This document shows positions 16,196 through 24,106 of a stretch of DNA of 32,000 nt, piece by piece. The stretch lies in assembly GCA_963843975.1 (NCBI GenBank), contig CAWJMG010000001.1:1320001-1352000 (forward strand). Reading direction: 5' to 3'. The position numbers and the translations under genes are program-made. The stretch is from an uncultured Actinomycetes bacterium (lineage in GTDB: Bacteria > Actinomycetota > Actinomycetes > S36-B12 > CAIYMF01). Every line of letters begins with the position of its first letter. Positions within the stretch are counted from its first letter, which is position 1. The notes under the pieces were generated by a model. It did not search any database. It was not told the origin of the DNA and saw only the letters and a list, made by a program, of their open reading frames with translations.

Positions 16196-17815
16196 ATGAC
16201 GACCGTGCCCGAGAACGACGACGCCGATCCCGGCCTGCCTCCCGTCCCCGACGACGAGGCCGGTCCGCGCGCGCAGGCTCCCTCGTCGTACGAGGTGCTG
16301 TCGTCGTCCGAGCCCCATCGGCACGCGCACGCGGCGACCGACGTCCTCGACGCGGACGACGAGGCCCGCAGCGGCGGGATCACCCTCCCCTCGGAGCAGG
16401 ACCCGCTCGTCGCCGCGGCGACCGAGCGCATCGGCGGCCCGCTCGGCCGCCGGGTGCGCGGCTTCCTCGGCTTCTGGTCGCCCCTGCGCATCCTCGTGAT
16501 GCTCACGACCTTCTCGTTCGTGCTGGCCTACCTCCAGAAGCTGCCGTGCCGCCTCGAGAGCTTCGCGGGCGACGCGTCGTACACGCGCCTGTGCTACTCG
16601 GACATCCCGCCGCTGTACGGCGGCCGCGGCTTCGCCGAGGGACTCTTCCCGTACCTCACGAGCGGCGGCGACCGTCCGCTGGAGTACCCCGTGCTCACGG
16701 GCTACTTCATGCAGCTCGCGTCCTGGCTCACAGGCTCGGACGGCAGCTCCGGCACCCGGTCGATCGCCTTCTTCGACTGGAACGCGCTGCTCATCTTCGT
16801 GTGCCTCATGGTCACCGTGATCGCTACCGCGCTGACCGTGCGCCGTCGTCCGTGGGACGCCGCGATGGTGGCCCTCGCGCCCAGCACGATCCTCTGCCTG
16901 CTCATCAACTGGGACATGCTGGCCGTCGCGCTCACGGCCGTCTCCATGCTGCTGTGGTCGCGCTCGCGGCCGTTCTGGTCGGGCGTCCTGCTCGGGCTGG
17001 CGATCGCGGCGAAGTTCTACCCGGTGCTGCTGCTCGGGCCGCTGTTCCTGCTGTGCCTGCGCGGCGGCAAGCTCAAGGAGTTCGCCGGTCTCGTCGGCGG
17101 CACCGCGGCCGCGTGGGCCGTGGTCAACGTGCCGATCATGCTGGCGAACTTCGACGGCTGGGCTGAGTTCTACCGGTTCTCGAACGAGCGAGGCGCCGAC
17201 TGGGGCTCGATCTGGTACGTGTTCCTCGCCCTCGGCCACCCCGTGCCGCCGGACCTGGTGAACACCCTCGCGATCGTCCTGCTGGGCGTGCTCTGCCTCG
17301 GCATCACGTTCCTGGCCGTGGGCGCCCGGCGTCGTCCGCGCTACGCGCAGCTGGCCTTCCTCGTCGTCGCGGCCTTCTGCATCACGAACAAGGTCTACTC
17401 GCCGCAGTACGTGCTGTGGCTCATCCCGCTGGCGGCGATGGCCCGGCCGCGCTGGCGCGACTTCCTCATCTGGCAGGTCGGCGAGGTGCTCTACTTCGCG
17501 GCGATCTGGTACTTCCTGCTCGGCTACGGCAACGACAACAACAAGGCGCTTCCCGAGGGCTGGTACGTCGCGGCCGTCCTGCTGCACATCGCGCTCACGC
17601 TGTGGTTCGGCGCGATGATCGTGCGCGACATCCTGCGTCCCGAGCACGACCCCGTCCGTACCGACGGCCGGCCCGAGCACGAGGACGACCCGGGCGGCGG
17701 CGTGCTCGACGGTGCCGACGACTGGCTGGCCCCGCGCTGGGGATCCGCCGACGACGAGCCCGAGCCGGTGGGCGCCCACAGCGGCCTGCACAGCACCCAC
17801 GACGATCGCGCCTGA
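16196..17815 (+). CDS. polytopic membrane protein, glycosyltransferase family 87 / DUF2029-like (Rv0051 positional homolog)
   Basis: 539 aa with an acidic disordered N-terminus followed by about 10 or more TM segments. Motifs CYSDIPPLY and EYPVLTGYFM resemble PimE-like GT-C enzymes (from memory). It lies immediately downstream of ponA, as in mycobacteria. Confidence 0.7.
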   Translation: MTTVPENDDADPGLPPVPDDEAGPRAQAPSSYEVLSSSEPHRHAHAATDVLDADDEARSGGITLPSEQDPLVAAATERIGGPLGRRVRGFLGFWSPLRILVMLTTFSFVLAYLQKLPCRLESFAGDASYTRLCYSDIPPLYGGRGFAEGLFPYLTSGGDRPLEYPVLTGYFMQLASWLTGSDGSSGTRSIAFFDWNALLIFVCLMVTVIATALTVRRRPWDAAMVALAPSTILCLLINWDMLAVALTAVSMLLWSRSRPFWSGVLLGLAIAAKFYPVLLLGPLFLLCLRGGKLKEFAGLVGGTAAAWAVVNVPIMLANFDGWAEFYRFSNERGADWGSIWYVFLALGHPVPPDLVNTLAIVLLGVLCLGITFLAVGARRRPRYAQLAFLVVAAFCITNKVYSPQYVLWLIPLAAMARPRWRDFLIWQVGEVLYFAAIWYFLLGYGNDNNKALPEGWYVAAVLLHIALTLWFGAMIVRDILRPEHDPVRTDGRPEHEDDPGGGVLDGADDWLAPRWGSADDEPEPVGAHSGLHSTHDDRA

Positions 17816-17886
17816 GGTCGGACCGGACACCGGGTCCCGACCGTGAGCGGCGTACGGCGACGACGCGGCACGCCTAGGCTCGACGC

Positions 17887-18762
17887 GTGGTGATCCCGAG
17901 GATCGGCGTCGTCTTCCCGCCGTGGTACCCGCCCGAGCAGCTCCGCGATGCGGTGCGCGTGGCCGAGGAGTCCGGGGTGCCGGAGCTGTGGCTCTGGGAG
18001 GACTGCTTCAAGGAGAGCGGGATCGCCGCCGCCGCGGCGGCTCTCGCCTGGACCGACCGCCTCACGGTCGGCATCGGCCTGATGCCTGTGCCGCTGCGCA
18101 ACGTCGCGCTGCTGGCGATGGAGATCGCGACGATCGAGCGGCTCTTCCCCGGGCGCTTCCGGCCGGCGGTCGGCCACGGCGTGCAGAGCTGGATGGGGCA
18201 GACCGGCTCGCGGGTCGAGTCGCCGCTGACGCTGCTGCGCGAGCACGTGGTCGCGCTCGACCGTCTGCTGGCCGGCGAGACCGTGACGACGTCCGGCCGG
18301 TACGTGTCGCTGGACGCCGTGGCGCTCGACTGGCCGCCGCAGCAGCGGGTTCCCGTGCTGTCGGGCGGCGTGGGACCGCGCACGCTCGAGATGCTGGGCG
18401 GCGTGGCCGCCGGCGTGCTCGTCGACTCGTGCAACTCGCCCGCTGATGTCCGCGCCGCAGCTGCCCTCGTCGCTGCCGGTGCTCGCGCGGCGGGCCGGGC
18501 GGACGCCCCGGAGATCCTGCTGCTGGTCCACGCCGTGCGCGGGGACGACGCGCGTGCGCGGCTCGCGTCGTACGTCGGCGAGCTGTCCGGCGAGCCCGAC
18601 ACCGAGAAGGGCATGGCCGGCGATGCGGCGACGGTGGCCGCAGGCATCCGGCGCTACGCCGACGCCGGCGCAGCGACCGTGATGATGCAGCCGCCCGAGG
18701 ACGAGCCCGACATCGAGGGCTGGATCCGCTGGATCGGCACCGAGGTCGCGCCCCTCGTCTAG
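17887..18762 (+). CDS. LLM-class (luciferase-like) F420-dependent oxidoreductase family protein
   Basis: 291 aa with a GTG start. Overall similarity to luciferase-like monooxygenase TIM-barrel proteins rests on stretches such as VPELWLWEDCF, GIGLMPVPLRN, GHGVQSWM and GPRTLEMLG. The assignment is from memory of the family, not a search. Confidence 0.7.
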   Translation: MVIPRIGVVFPPWYPPEQLRDAVRVAEESGVPELWLWEDCFKESGIAAAAAALAWTDRLTVGIGLMPVPLRNVALLAMEIATIERLFPGRFRPAVGHGVQSWMGQTGSRVESPLTLLREHVVALDRLLAGETVTTSGRYVSLDAVALDWPPQQRVPVLSGGVGPRTLEMLGGVAAGVLVDSCNSPADVRAAAALVAAGARAAGRADAPEILLLVHAVRGDDARARLASYVGELSGEPDTEKGMAGDAATVAAGIRRYADAGAATVMMQPPEDEPDIEGWIRWIGTEVAPLV

Positions 18763-18892
18763 ACCGTTGCTACCGGGGGCCCGCGAGCTGTCCCGACCTG
18801 GTCGTCTCCCCGCCCGACGCGTCGCGTCATCGCGAGCGACGCCGGGGGCAGATTCCCCGTGCGTCCTGCGACATCCGCGGGGCGCGGAGGGA

Positions 18893-20158
18893 TCAGTCGA
18901 GGCCGACGACGCGGTCGGGGGTGATGCCGGTGAGGCGGACGTCGACGTCGACCTCGTCGCCGACGGCGGGCAGCGCGATGCCGCGCGGCACGCGCACCAG
19001 CGACACCTGCATGTGCGGCGGCTCCGCGAACCACACCTGGGCGCCGCCGAGGTGGAACGGCGAGAGCGCGCGGCCGAGGGCGTCGAGCACTCCGGTGCCC
19101 GCGACGACGGCGCGCTGGCGCATCGACGCCACGGCGCTCGGGGCCTCCATGGCCACGCCGTGCGCCGTACCGCCGCCGATGACGACGACCGCGCCGTCGC
19201 GCGAGGCGCGGCGCTGTCGGTAGCCGCTCGTCTGCCCCTTCGTGACGGAGTGGACGGCGAGGACGGTGCCGCGCGCGGTGAGGGCGCCGCGGTCGCCGAG
19301 CCAGAGCCGGGTGCCGATGCGGGGGAAGAGCGCGATGTCGGGGAGCGCGCCGCGCAGGCTCGCGAGCTCGACGTCGTCGAGGTGGCTGACCCAGAGGCTC
19401 GCCGCGGCCGTGAGCTCGGTGACGACCTCCGGATCGGACTGCAGCCGCTCGGAGAGGTCGGCCAGCGCGTTCTGCCAGCCGAGGCCCCACGCGAGCACCT
19501 CGCGGACGCGCGCGCTCGACCCGGCCGGCGGCTCGGGCGCGACGACGGCGTCCTTCCACCGAGCGCCCGGCACCGCGCGGTGGTCGGGGCTCGGCTGCGT
19601 GAGCGGCAGGTGCAGGGCGAGGCCCTCGACGCGCAGGCGTCGGTGCAGCAGCGCGGTGACCGTGGCGTCGTCGGCGAGCAGGGTGGCCAGGTCGTCGCTG
19701 CCGAGGCCGAAGCGGCCGATGGAGGTGAGGCCCTCGAGGACGACGCGGGCGGGGCCGGGGCCCGCGGCGAGCGCGTCGAACGCCTCGCGCGAGGCGACCG
19801 TGCGGACGAGGCGGTCGGCGTGCGGGCCGTGCGCGAGCTCGACCCACTGCGCGGCGGCGTACGGGTCTGCGGGCTCGAACGGTGTGAGCACCAGGACGTC
19901 GCCGTCGTACGCCTCGAGCGCGGCGTGCGCCTCGAAGACGGTGCCGACCGCGACACGGGTGAGCCCGAGCCGCGCGGACTCGGCGAGGAGGTGCGCGATG
20001 CCGACGCCGTACCCGTTGCCCTTGGCCACCGGCACGAGGTCGCCGAGCGCCGAGGGGTGCGTGCCCGGTGCCGACCCGATCGCGGCGCGGACCGACTCGA
20101 GCGTGCGGCTCGTGTGCGCGCGCCAGCGATGCCCGTCCACGTGCAGCACGAACGTCAT
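18893..20158 (-). CDS. alanine racemase family (PLP-dependent, Alr-like) protein
   Basis: 421 aa. The N-terminal barrel carries VPVAKGNGYGVG (compare the Alr PLP-lysine motif V.KANAYGHG). The C-terminal beta domain has GYRQRR...AVVVIGGGTAHGV and VSLVRVP...GDEVDV patterns typical of the Alr C-terminal domain. Confidence 0.7.
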   Translation of the reverse strand: MTFVLHVDGHRWRAHTSRTLESVRAAIGSAPGTHPSALGDLVPVAKGNGYGVGIAHLLAESARLGLTRVAVGTVFEAHAALEAYDGDVLVLTPFEPADPYAAAQWVELAHGPHADRLVRTVASREAFDALAAGPGPARVVLEGLTSIGRFGLGSDDLATLLADDATVTALLHRRLRVEGLALHLPLTQPSPDHRAVPGARWKDAVVAPEPPAGSSARVREVLAWGLGWQNALADLSERLQSDPEVVTELTAAASLWVSHLDDVELASLRGALPDIALFPRIGTRLWLGDRGALTARGTVLAVHSVTKGQTSGYRQRRASRDGAVVVIGGGTAHGVAMEAPSAVASMRQRAVVAGTGVLDALGRALSPFHLGGAQVWFAEPPHMQVSLVRVPRGIALPAVGDEVDVDVRLTGITPDRVVGLD

Positions 20159-20183
20159 GCCCCGACCCTACGGGCCCGTCGAT

Positions 20184-20265
20184 TGCGATGAAGGGGCCCC
20201 GCCCTTTGCGATGAAGGGGGCCTTCGTTGCTAAGAGCGCAACAAACGAGGCATTCACGGGTACGG
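20184..20265 (+). repeat. GAAGG-box palindromic intergenic repeat, left copy
   Basis: The 55-nt unit at 20211-20265 is ATGAAGGGGGCCTTCGTTGCTAAGAGCGCAACAAACGAGGCATTCACGGGTACGG. It is preceded by a partial direct duplication: TGCGATGAAGGGG at both 20184-20196 and 20207-20219. It matches 28041-28095 in inverted orientation. Confidence 0.8.
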
Positions 20266-20398
20266 CGCCGACGCCGGACCGTTGCGGCTCCGTGACGCCC
20301 GCGCGACCTGAGCGGGCTCAGGCACCCAGGAACGGGAGTTACCCTCCAACGAGGGATGCGCACCACTGATCGCGTCCGGAGGAACGGACGGCACATCG

Positions 20399-21109
20399 AT
20401 GCGTACGACGAAGGCGCTCGCCGGCGCCGCCCTCGCCCTCTGCGGCCTGCTCGCCCTGACCGCGTGCGCGGACCCCGCGGGCACGACCGGCGTCGCGGCG
20501 TCATCGCCCGCGGCGCTCGCCGACCGCTCCGCCGCCGACATCCTCAAGGCCTCGCAGACCGCGGCGCTCGCGCAGAAGTCGGTGCACATGGTCGGCACCG
20601 TCACGCAGGGCGCGGACACGCTCACGATGGACCTCCGCCTCGAGAAGGACGGCGGGGCCACGGGCACCCTCGACCTCGCCGGCGCGATGCTGCAGATCGT
20701 GTCGACCGGCACGGCCGTCTATATCAAGGGCGACAAGGCCTACTGGACGTCCGAGGCGGGCGCGGGCGCGGCCGAGCTCATCGGCGACAGCTGGGTGTCG
20801 GCCACGAAGTCCTCGGACATGGCGCAGTTCAAGGACCTCATCGACTACGCGACGGCGCTCGGCGGCGTCCTCGACCCCACGGGCACCGTCACCAAGGGCA
20901 GCACATCGAGCATCGACGGCGTCGACGTCGTCGGCGTGAAGGACGGCAAGGCCGGCACGCTCTGGGTGGCCGCGAGCGGCGAGCCGCTGCCCGTGCTCAT
21001 CGACGGCGGCACCCAGGGCCGCGTGACCTTCACCGAGTGGGGGCAGAAGGTCGTCGTCACCGTGCCCGACCCGGCCGACGTCCTCGACCCGTCCAAGCTC
21101 GGCAACTGA
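20399..21109 (+). CDS. putative lipoprotein
   Basis: 236 aa. A signal peptide with lipobox is present (MRTTKALAGAALALCGLLALTAC, where LTAC is the lipobox). The mature domain is beta-rich with no recognised catalytic motif. Confidence 0.75.
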   Translation: MRTTKALAGAALALCGLLALTACADPAGTTGVAASSPAALADRSAADILKASQTAALAQKSVHMVGTVTQGADTLTMDLRLEKDGGATGTLDLAGAMLQIVSTGTAVYIKGDKAYWTSEAGAGAAELIGDSWVSATKSSDMAQFKDLIDYATALGGVLDPTGTVTKGSTSSIDGVDVVGVKDGKAGTLWVAASGEPLPVLIDGGTQGRVTFTEWGQKVVVTVPDPADVLDPSKLGN

Positions 21110-21145
21110 CCCCGCCGTACGCCGGACCACCCGCTCCGGCGAGTT

Positions 21146-21226
21146 GTGGTCACCGGATCGCCCTTCAAGGGCACGTGTTGACCCTTAGGGACAGAAAGTG
21201 CCCGTGAAGGGCGCTTTCGTGACCAC
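21146..21226. repeat. 81-nt palindromic element of the GAAGG-box family between convergent genes
   Basis: GTGGTCACCGGATCGCCCTTCAAGGGCAC - 23 nt (GTGTTGACCCTTAGGGACAGAAA) - GTGCCCGTGAAGGGCGCTTTCGTGACCAC. The 29-nt arms are 24/29 complementary. Outer flanks GCCGTACGCCGGA (21114-21126) and TCCGGGGTACGGC (21230-21242) extend the symmetry. Confidence 0.75.
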
Positions 21227-21266
21227 TTCTCCGGGGTACGGCTTCTCCTCGGGTACGCCGTGATCC

Positions 21267-22481
21267 CTAGCGGCGGTTGAGGTAGCCCTCGACGGCGCGG
21301 GCGAGGATCGGGCGCAGGCGCAGGTCCCACTCGCCGAGGTACTCGCTCGCGCGGCCGCCCGTGCCGAGCTTGAACTGGATGAGCCCGAAGAGGTGGTCGT
21401 CGGGGTCGAGGGTGTCGCTGATCCCGCGCAGGTCGTAGACGTCGCACCCGGCGGCGAGCGAGTCGCGGATCATCGCCCACTGGATCGCGTTCGACGGGCG
21501 TACGTCGCGGCCTTCGTTCGAGGAGGCGCCGTACGAGTACCAGGAGTGCTGGCCGACGCGGACGAGCGTGGTCGCGGCCAGCACCCGGCCCTCGTGCCTG
21601 GCCAGGTAGAGCGTGATGCGGCTCGGGTCCTCGGCGCTCATCGCGCGCCACATGCGCTGGAAGTAGGCGAGGCCGCGCGGGGTGAAGCGGTCGCGGGCCG
21701 CGGTCTCGACGTACACCTCGTGGAACGCCGGGAGGTCGTCGAAGCCGCCGTGCTCGACGACGACGCCGGCCTTCTCGGCCTTCTTGATGTTGCGGCGCCA
21801 GAGCTGGTTGAAGCCGGTGAGCAGGTCGGCCTCGGTGCGGCCTGCGAGGGGCACCTGGAAGACGTAGCGCGGCTGGACGTCGCCGAAGCCGGCGCCGGTG
21901 TCGGCCTTCTGGCTCCAGCCGAGAGCGAGCAGGCGGTCGGCGACGGCGAGCGCGGCGTCATCGGCGGTGTCGGCGGGGACGTCGCGGAGCCGCTTCGCGG
22001 TGCCGTCGGCGATCGCGGCCTTGAGCGTGTCGGCGTCCCACGTGCGGACCGTGACGAGCGGGCCCATCTTCACGGCGAACGCGCCGATCCCCTTGAGGTG
22101 CTCGGCCAGCGGCGTGAGCCAGTCGGCGAGGTCGTGGCCGGTGCGGGCGCCGGTCCAGTCGATGTCGGGGCCCTCGGGCAGGTAGGCGAGGAAGCGCTTG
22201 ACCTTCGGCACCTGGCGCAGCAGCACGAGTCCGGCGCCGACGATCTCGCCGTCGTCGAACCAGCCGAGGCTCTCGTGCCGCCACTCGGCCTTCACGCCGG
22301 CCCAGCTCGGCACCTGCAGGAAGGAGACGTCGGCACCGGCCGCAGTGCGGGCCTCGACGTACGCGAGGTGCTCCTCGGGCGTGATCCGGCGGACCTCCAG
22401 CGGCGTGGGCACGGACGAAACCCTACGGCTCACCTCGGGAGTGCTGCTGCCGCCGTCCGCTGTGGTCGTGCCCGACGTCAC
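21267..22481 (-). CDS. FemA/FemB/FemX-family peptidoglycan interpeptide-bridge aminoacyltransferase
   Basis: 404 aa as drawn, with a GTG start. Alternative GTGs at 22433 and 22412 would remove a Ser/Thr/Gly-rich leader. The sequence LEVRRITPEEHLAYVE...SFLQVPSWAGVK...LVLLRQVPKVKRFLAYLPEGP... and the C-terminal acyltransferase region are typical of lipid II:glycine glycyltransferase-like proteins. Confidence 0.8.
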   Translation of the reverse strand: MTSGTTTADGGSSTPEVSRRVSSVPTPLEVRRITPEEHLAYVEARTAAGADVSFLQVPSWAGVKAEWRHESLGWFDDGEIVGAGLVLLRQVPKVKRFLAYLPEGPDIDWTGARTGHDLADWLTPLAEHLKGIGAFAVKMGPLVTVRTWDADTLKAAIADGTAKRLRDVPADTADDAALAVADRLLALGWSQKADTGAGFGDVQPRYVFQVPLAGRTEADLLTGFNQLWRRNIKKAEKAGVVVEHGGFDDLPAFHEVYVETAARDRFTPRGLAYFQRMWRAMSAEDPSRITLYLARHEGRVLAATTLVRVGQHSWYSYGASSNEGRDVRPSNAIQWAMIRDSLAAGCDVYDLRGISDTLDPDDHLFGLIQFKLGTGGRASEYLGEWDLRLRPILARAVEGYLNRR

Positions 22482-22523
22482 GCGCTGACCGGCCGCCCAG
22501 CGGGAGAGACCCCTCCCGTGAGC

Positions 22524-22570
22524 CTGATCAATCCGTCGTTTCCGGTGGTGGGAAGCGACGGATTGGTCAG
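22524..22570. repeat. 20-bp-stem hairpin; second member of the ATCYGTCGTTTCC palindromic repeat family
   Basis: CTGATCAATCCGTCGTTTCC-GGTGGTG-GGAAGCGACGGATTGGTCAG has 18 Watson-Crick pairs plus 2 T/G pairs when read on the plus strand. It lies between the xth stop (22588) and the femAB-like start (22481). Confidence 0.7.
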
Positions 22571-22587
22571 TGCGAGCGCGCGCGTGG

Positions 22588-23388
22588 CTAGAGGGAGACG
22601 TCGACGACGATCGGGGCGTGGTCGCTGGGCGGCGTCGTGCCCTTCTTGCCGGTCTTGCGGGCCTCGCGGTCGACGTACGCGTCGGTGACGGCGGCGGCGA
22701 ACGACGGCGAGCCGAAGACGAGGTCGATGCGCATGCCGGTGTTCTTGGGGAAGGCGAGCTGGCGGTAGTCCCAGAACGTGAAGGGCACGTCGTACTTCAG
22801 CGCCCGAGGCATGACCTCGACGAGCCCGGACTCGGTGAGCGCCGTGACGGCGGCGCGCTCGGCCGGGGTGACGTGGGTGGAGTCGGCGAACTGCGCGATG
22901 TCCCAGACGTCGGCGTCGGTCGGGGCGACGTTGAAGTCGCCGAGGACGACCCACGGGGTCTCGGGCGAGGCTGCGATCTCGGCGACGGCGGTGTCGCGCA
23001 GCGCGGCCAGCCACTCGAGCTTGTAGGCGTAGTGCGGGTCGTCGATGCTCCGGCCGTTGGGGACGTAGACGCCCCAGACGCGTACGCCTGCGCACGTCGC
23101 CGCGATCGCGCGCGGCTCGGTCACGCCGTCCCACTGCGGCTGCGCGGGGAGGTCGTACGTGAGGTCGTCGAGGCCGACGCGCGACAGGATCGCGACGCCG
23201 TTCCAGCGCCCGTCTCCGCGGGCCGCCACCTCGTAGCCGGCCGCGCGCACCTCGTCGTACGGGAAGAGGTCGGTCGGGGCCTTGAGCTCCTGCAGCACGA
23301 GGACGTCGGGCTGCGCCGACTCCAGGAACGCGAGCAGCCGGTCGGTCCGTACCTGGACCCCGTTGATGTTCCACGTCACGATGCGCAC
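22588..23388 (-). CDS. xth: exodeoxyribonuclease III
   Basis: GTG 23388 (266 aa) is preceded by GGGAGGA with a 7-nt spacer. The sequence VRIVTWNINGV...PDVLVLQELK...NGVAILSR...GDFNVAP...DYR...SDHAP is the EEP/ExoIII signature. Confidence 0.9.
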   Translation of the reverse strand: MRIVTWNINGVQVRTDRLLAFLESAQPDVLVLQELKAPTDLFPYDEVRAAGYEVAARGDGRWNGVAILSRVGLDDLTYDLPAQPQWDGVTEPRAIAATCAGVRVWGVYVPNGRSIDDPHYAYKLEWLAALRDTAVAEIAASPETPWVVLGDFNVAPTDADVWDIAQFADSTHVTPAERAAVTALTESGLVEVMPRALKYDVPFTFWDYRQLAFPKNTGMRIDLVFGSPSFAAAVTDAYVDREARKTGKKGTTPPSDHAPIVVDVSL

Positions 23389-23440
23389 TCGCGCATCCTC
23401 CCACCGCCCACCCACGTCGAGGTGCTGGACGGCGGCAGGC

Positions 23441-23464
23441 ATACCGGGTATACATACGCGGTAT
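23441..23464. promoter_or_regulatory. imperfect 24-bp palindrome overlapping the PadR start codon (candidate operator)
   Basis: ATACCGGGTATACATACGCGGTAT is self-complementary at 20 of 24 positions, with outer arms ATACCG/CGGTAT. It ends inside the ATG at 23463, in the xth/padR divergent spacer. Confidence 0.4.
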
Positions 23465-24047
23465 GGCGATCCGACACGGACTTCTGGCGCTGCTCGACGA
23501 GGGGCCGGCGTACGGCTACCAGCTCAAGGCGGCGTTCGAGGAGCGCACGGGCGGCACGTGGCCGCTGAACATCGGGCAGGTCTACACGACCCTCGCCCGC
23601 GCCGAGCGCGACGGCCTCGTGGCCCAGCTCGACGCCGACGAGGACGGCCGGGTCGTCTACGAGATCACCGGTGCCGGCCGCGCCGAGGTCGAGTCGTGGT
23701 TCGCCCAGCCCGTACGCCGCGAGGCGGCACCGCGCGACGAGCTCTCGATCAAGCTCGCGGTCGCGGTCACCGCACCCGGCGTCGACGTCACGGCGATCAT
23801 CCAGACCCAGCGCGGCGAGACCATGCGGACGCTGCAGCAGCTCACGCGGCTGAAGATCGACGCGGACGAGGATGCCGACCTCGCCTGGCTGCTCGTCCTG
23901 GACCGCCTCATCTTCGACACCGAGGCCGAGGCCCGCTGGCTCGACCACTGCGAGTCGCGCCTCGCCCGCGCCGCCGGTCACCCGAAGCCGCCCAAGCGCC
24001 CGGCCACCGGCCGCAGCCCGCGCCCGACCCAGGGGGCGACCCGATGA
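23463..24047 (+). CDS. PadR family transcriptional regulator
   Basis: 194 aa. MAIRHGLLALLDEGPAYGYQLKAAFEERTGGTWPLNIGQVYTTLARAERDGLV...VYEITGAGRAEV forms a PadR winged helix with a C-terminal dimerisation domain. It is the first gene of the ABC operon. Confidence 0.85.
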   Translation: MAIRHGLLALLDEGPAYGYQLKAAFEERTGGTWPLNIGQVYTTLARAERDGLVAQLDADEDGRVVYEITGAGRAEVESWFAQPVRREAAPRDELSIKLAVAVTAPGVDVTAIIQTQRGETMRTLQQLTRLKIDADEDADLAWLLVLDRLIFDTEAEARWLDHCESRLARAAGHPKPPKRPATGRSPRPTQGATR

Positions 24048-24106
24048 GCACCCGCCGTACGCCGAGCACCACTGCCATCCGCACCATCCAGGGGGACCAG
24101 CGATGA
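24044..24106 (+). CDS. candidate 20-codon sORF bridging padR and the ABC ATPase gene
   Basis: MSTRRTPSTTAIRTIQGDQR. Its ATG overlaps the padR TGA (ATGA at 24044-24047) and its TGA overlaps the ATPase ATG (ATGA at 24103-24106). GC3 is 17/20. No homology evidence is available. Confidence 0.35.
   Translation: MSTRRTPSTTAIRTIQGDQR

Noticed and set aside
18763-18892. Possible terminator or inverted repeat between the convergent LLM oxidoreductase and Alr-like genes (CCCCGCCCGACGCGTCGC...GCGACGCCGGGGG).
   Set aside because: The arms are only partially complementary, with gaps. I could not define a convincing stem by hand, so it is not reported as a feature.
20207-20240. Apparent conserved peptide [10 protein letters not shown], encoded at 20211 (plus) and again at 28095 (minus), with VKGAFVTTS at 21204.
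   Set aside because: The conservation is at the nucleotide level, within palindromic intergenic repeats. There is no RBS, the frames are embedded in long shadow ORFs, and the flanking residues are not conserved. I treat these as repeats, not genes.
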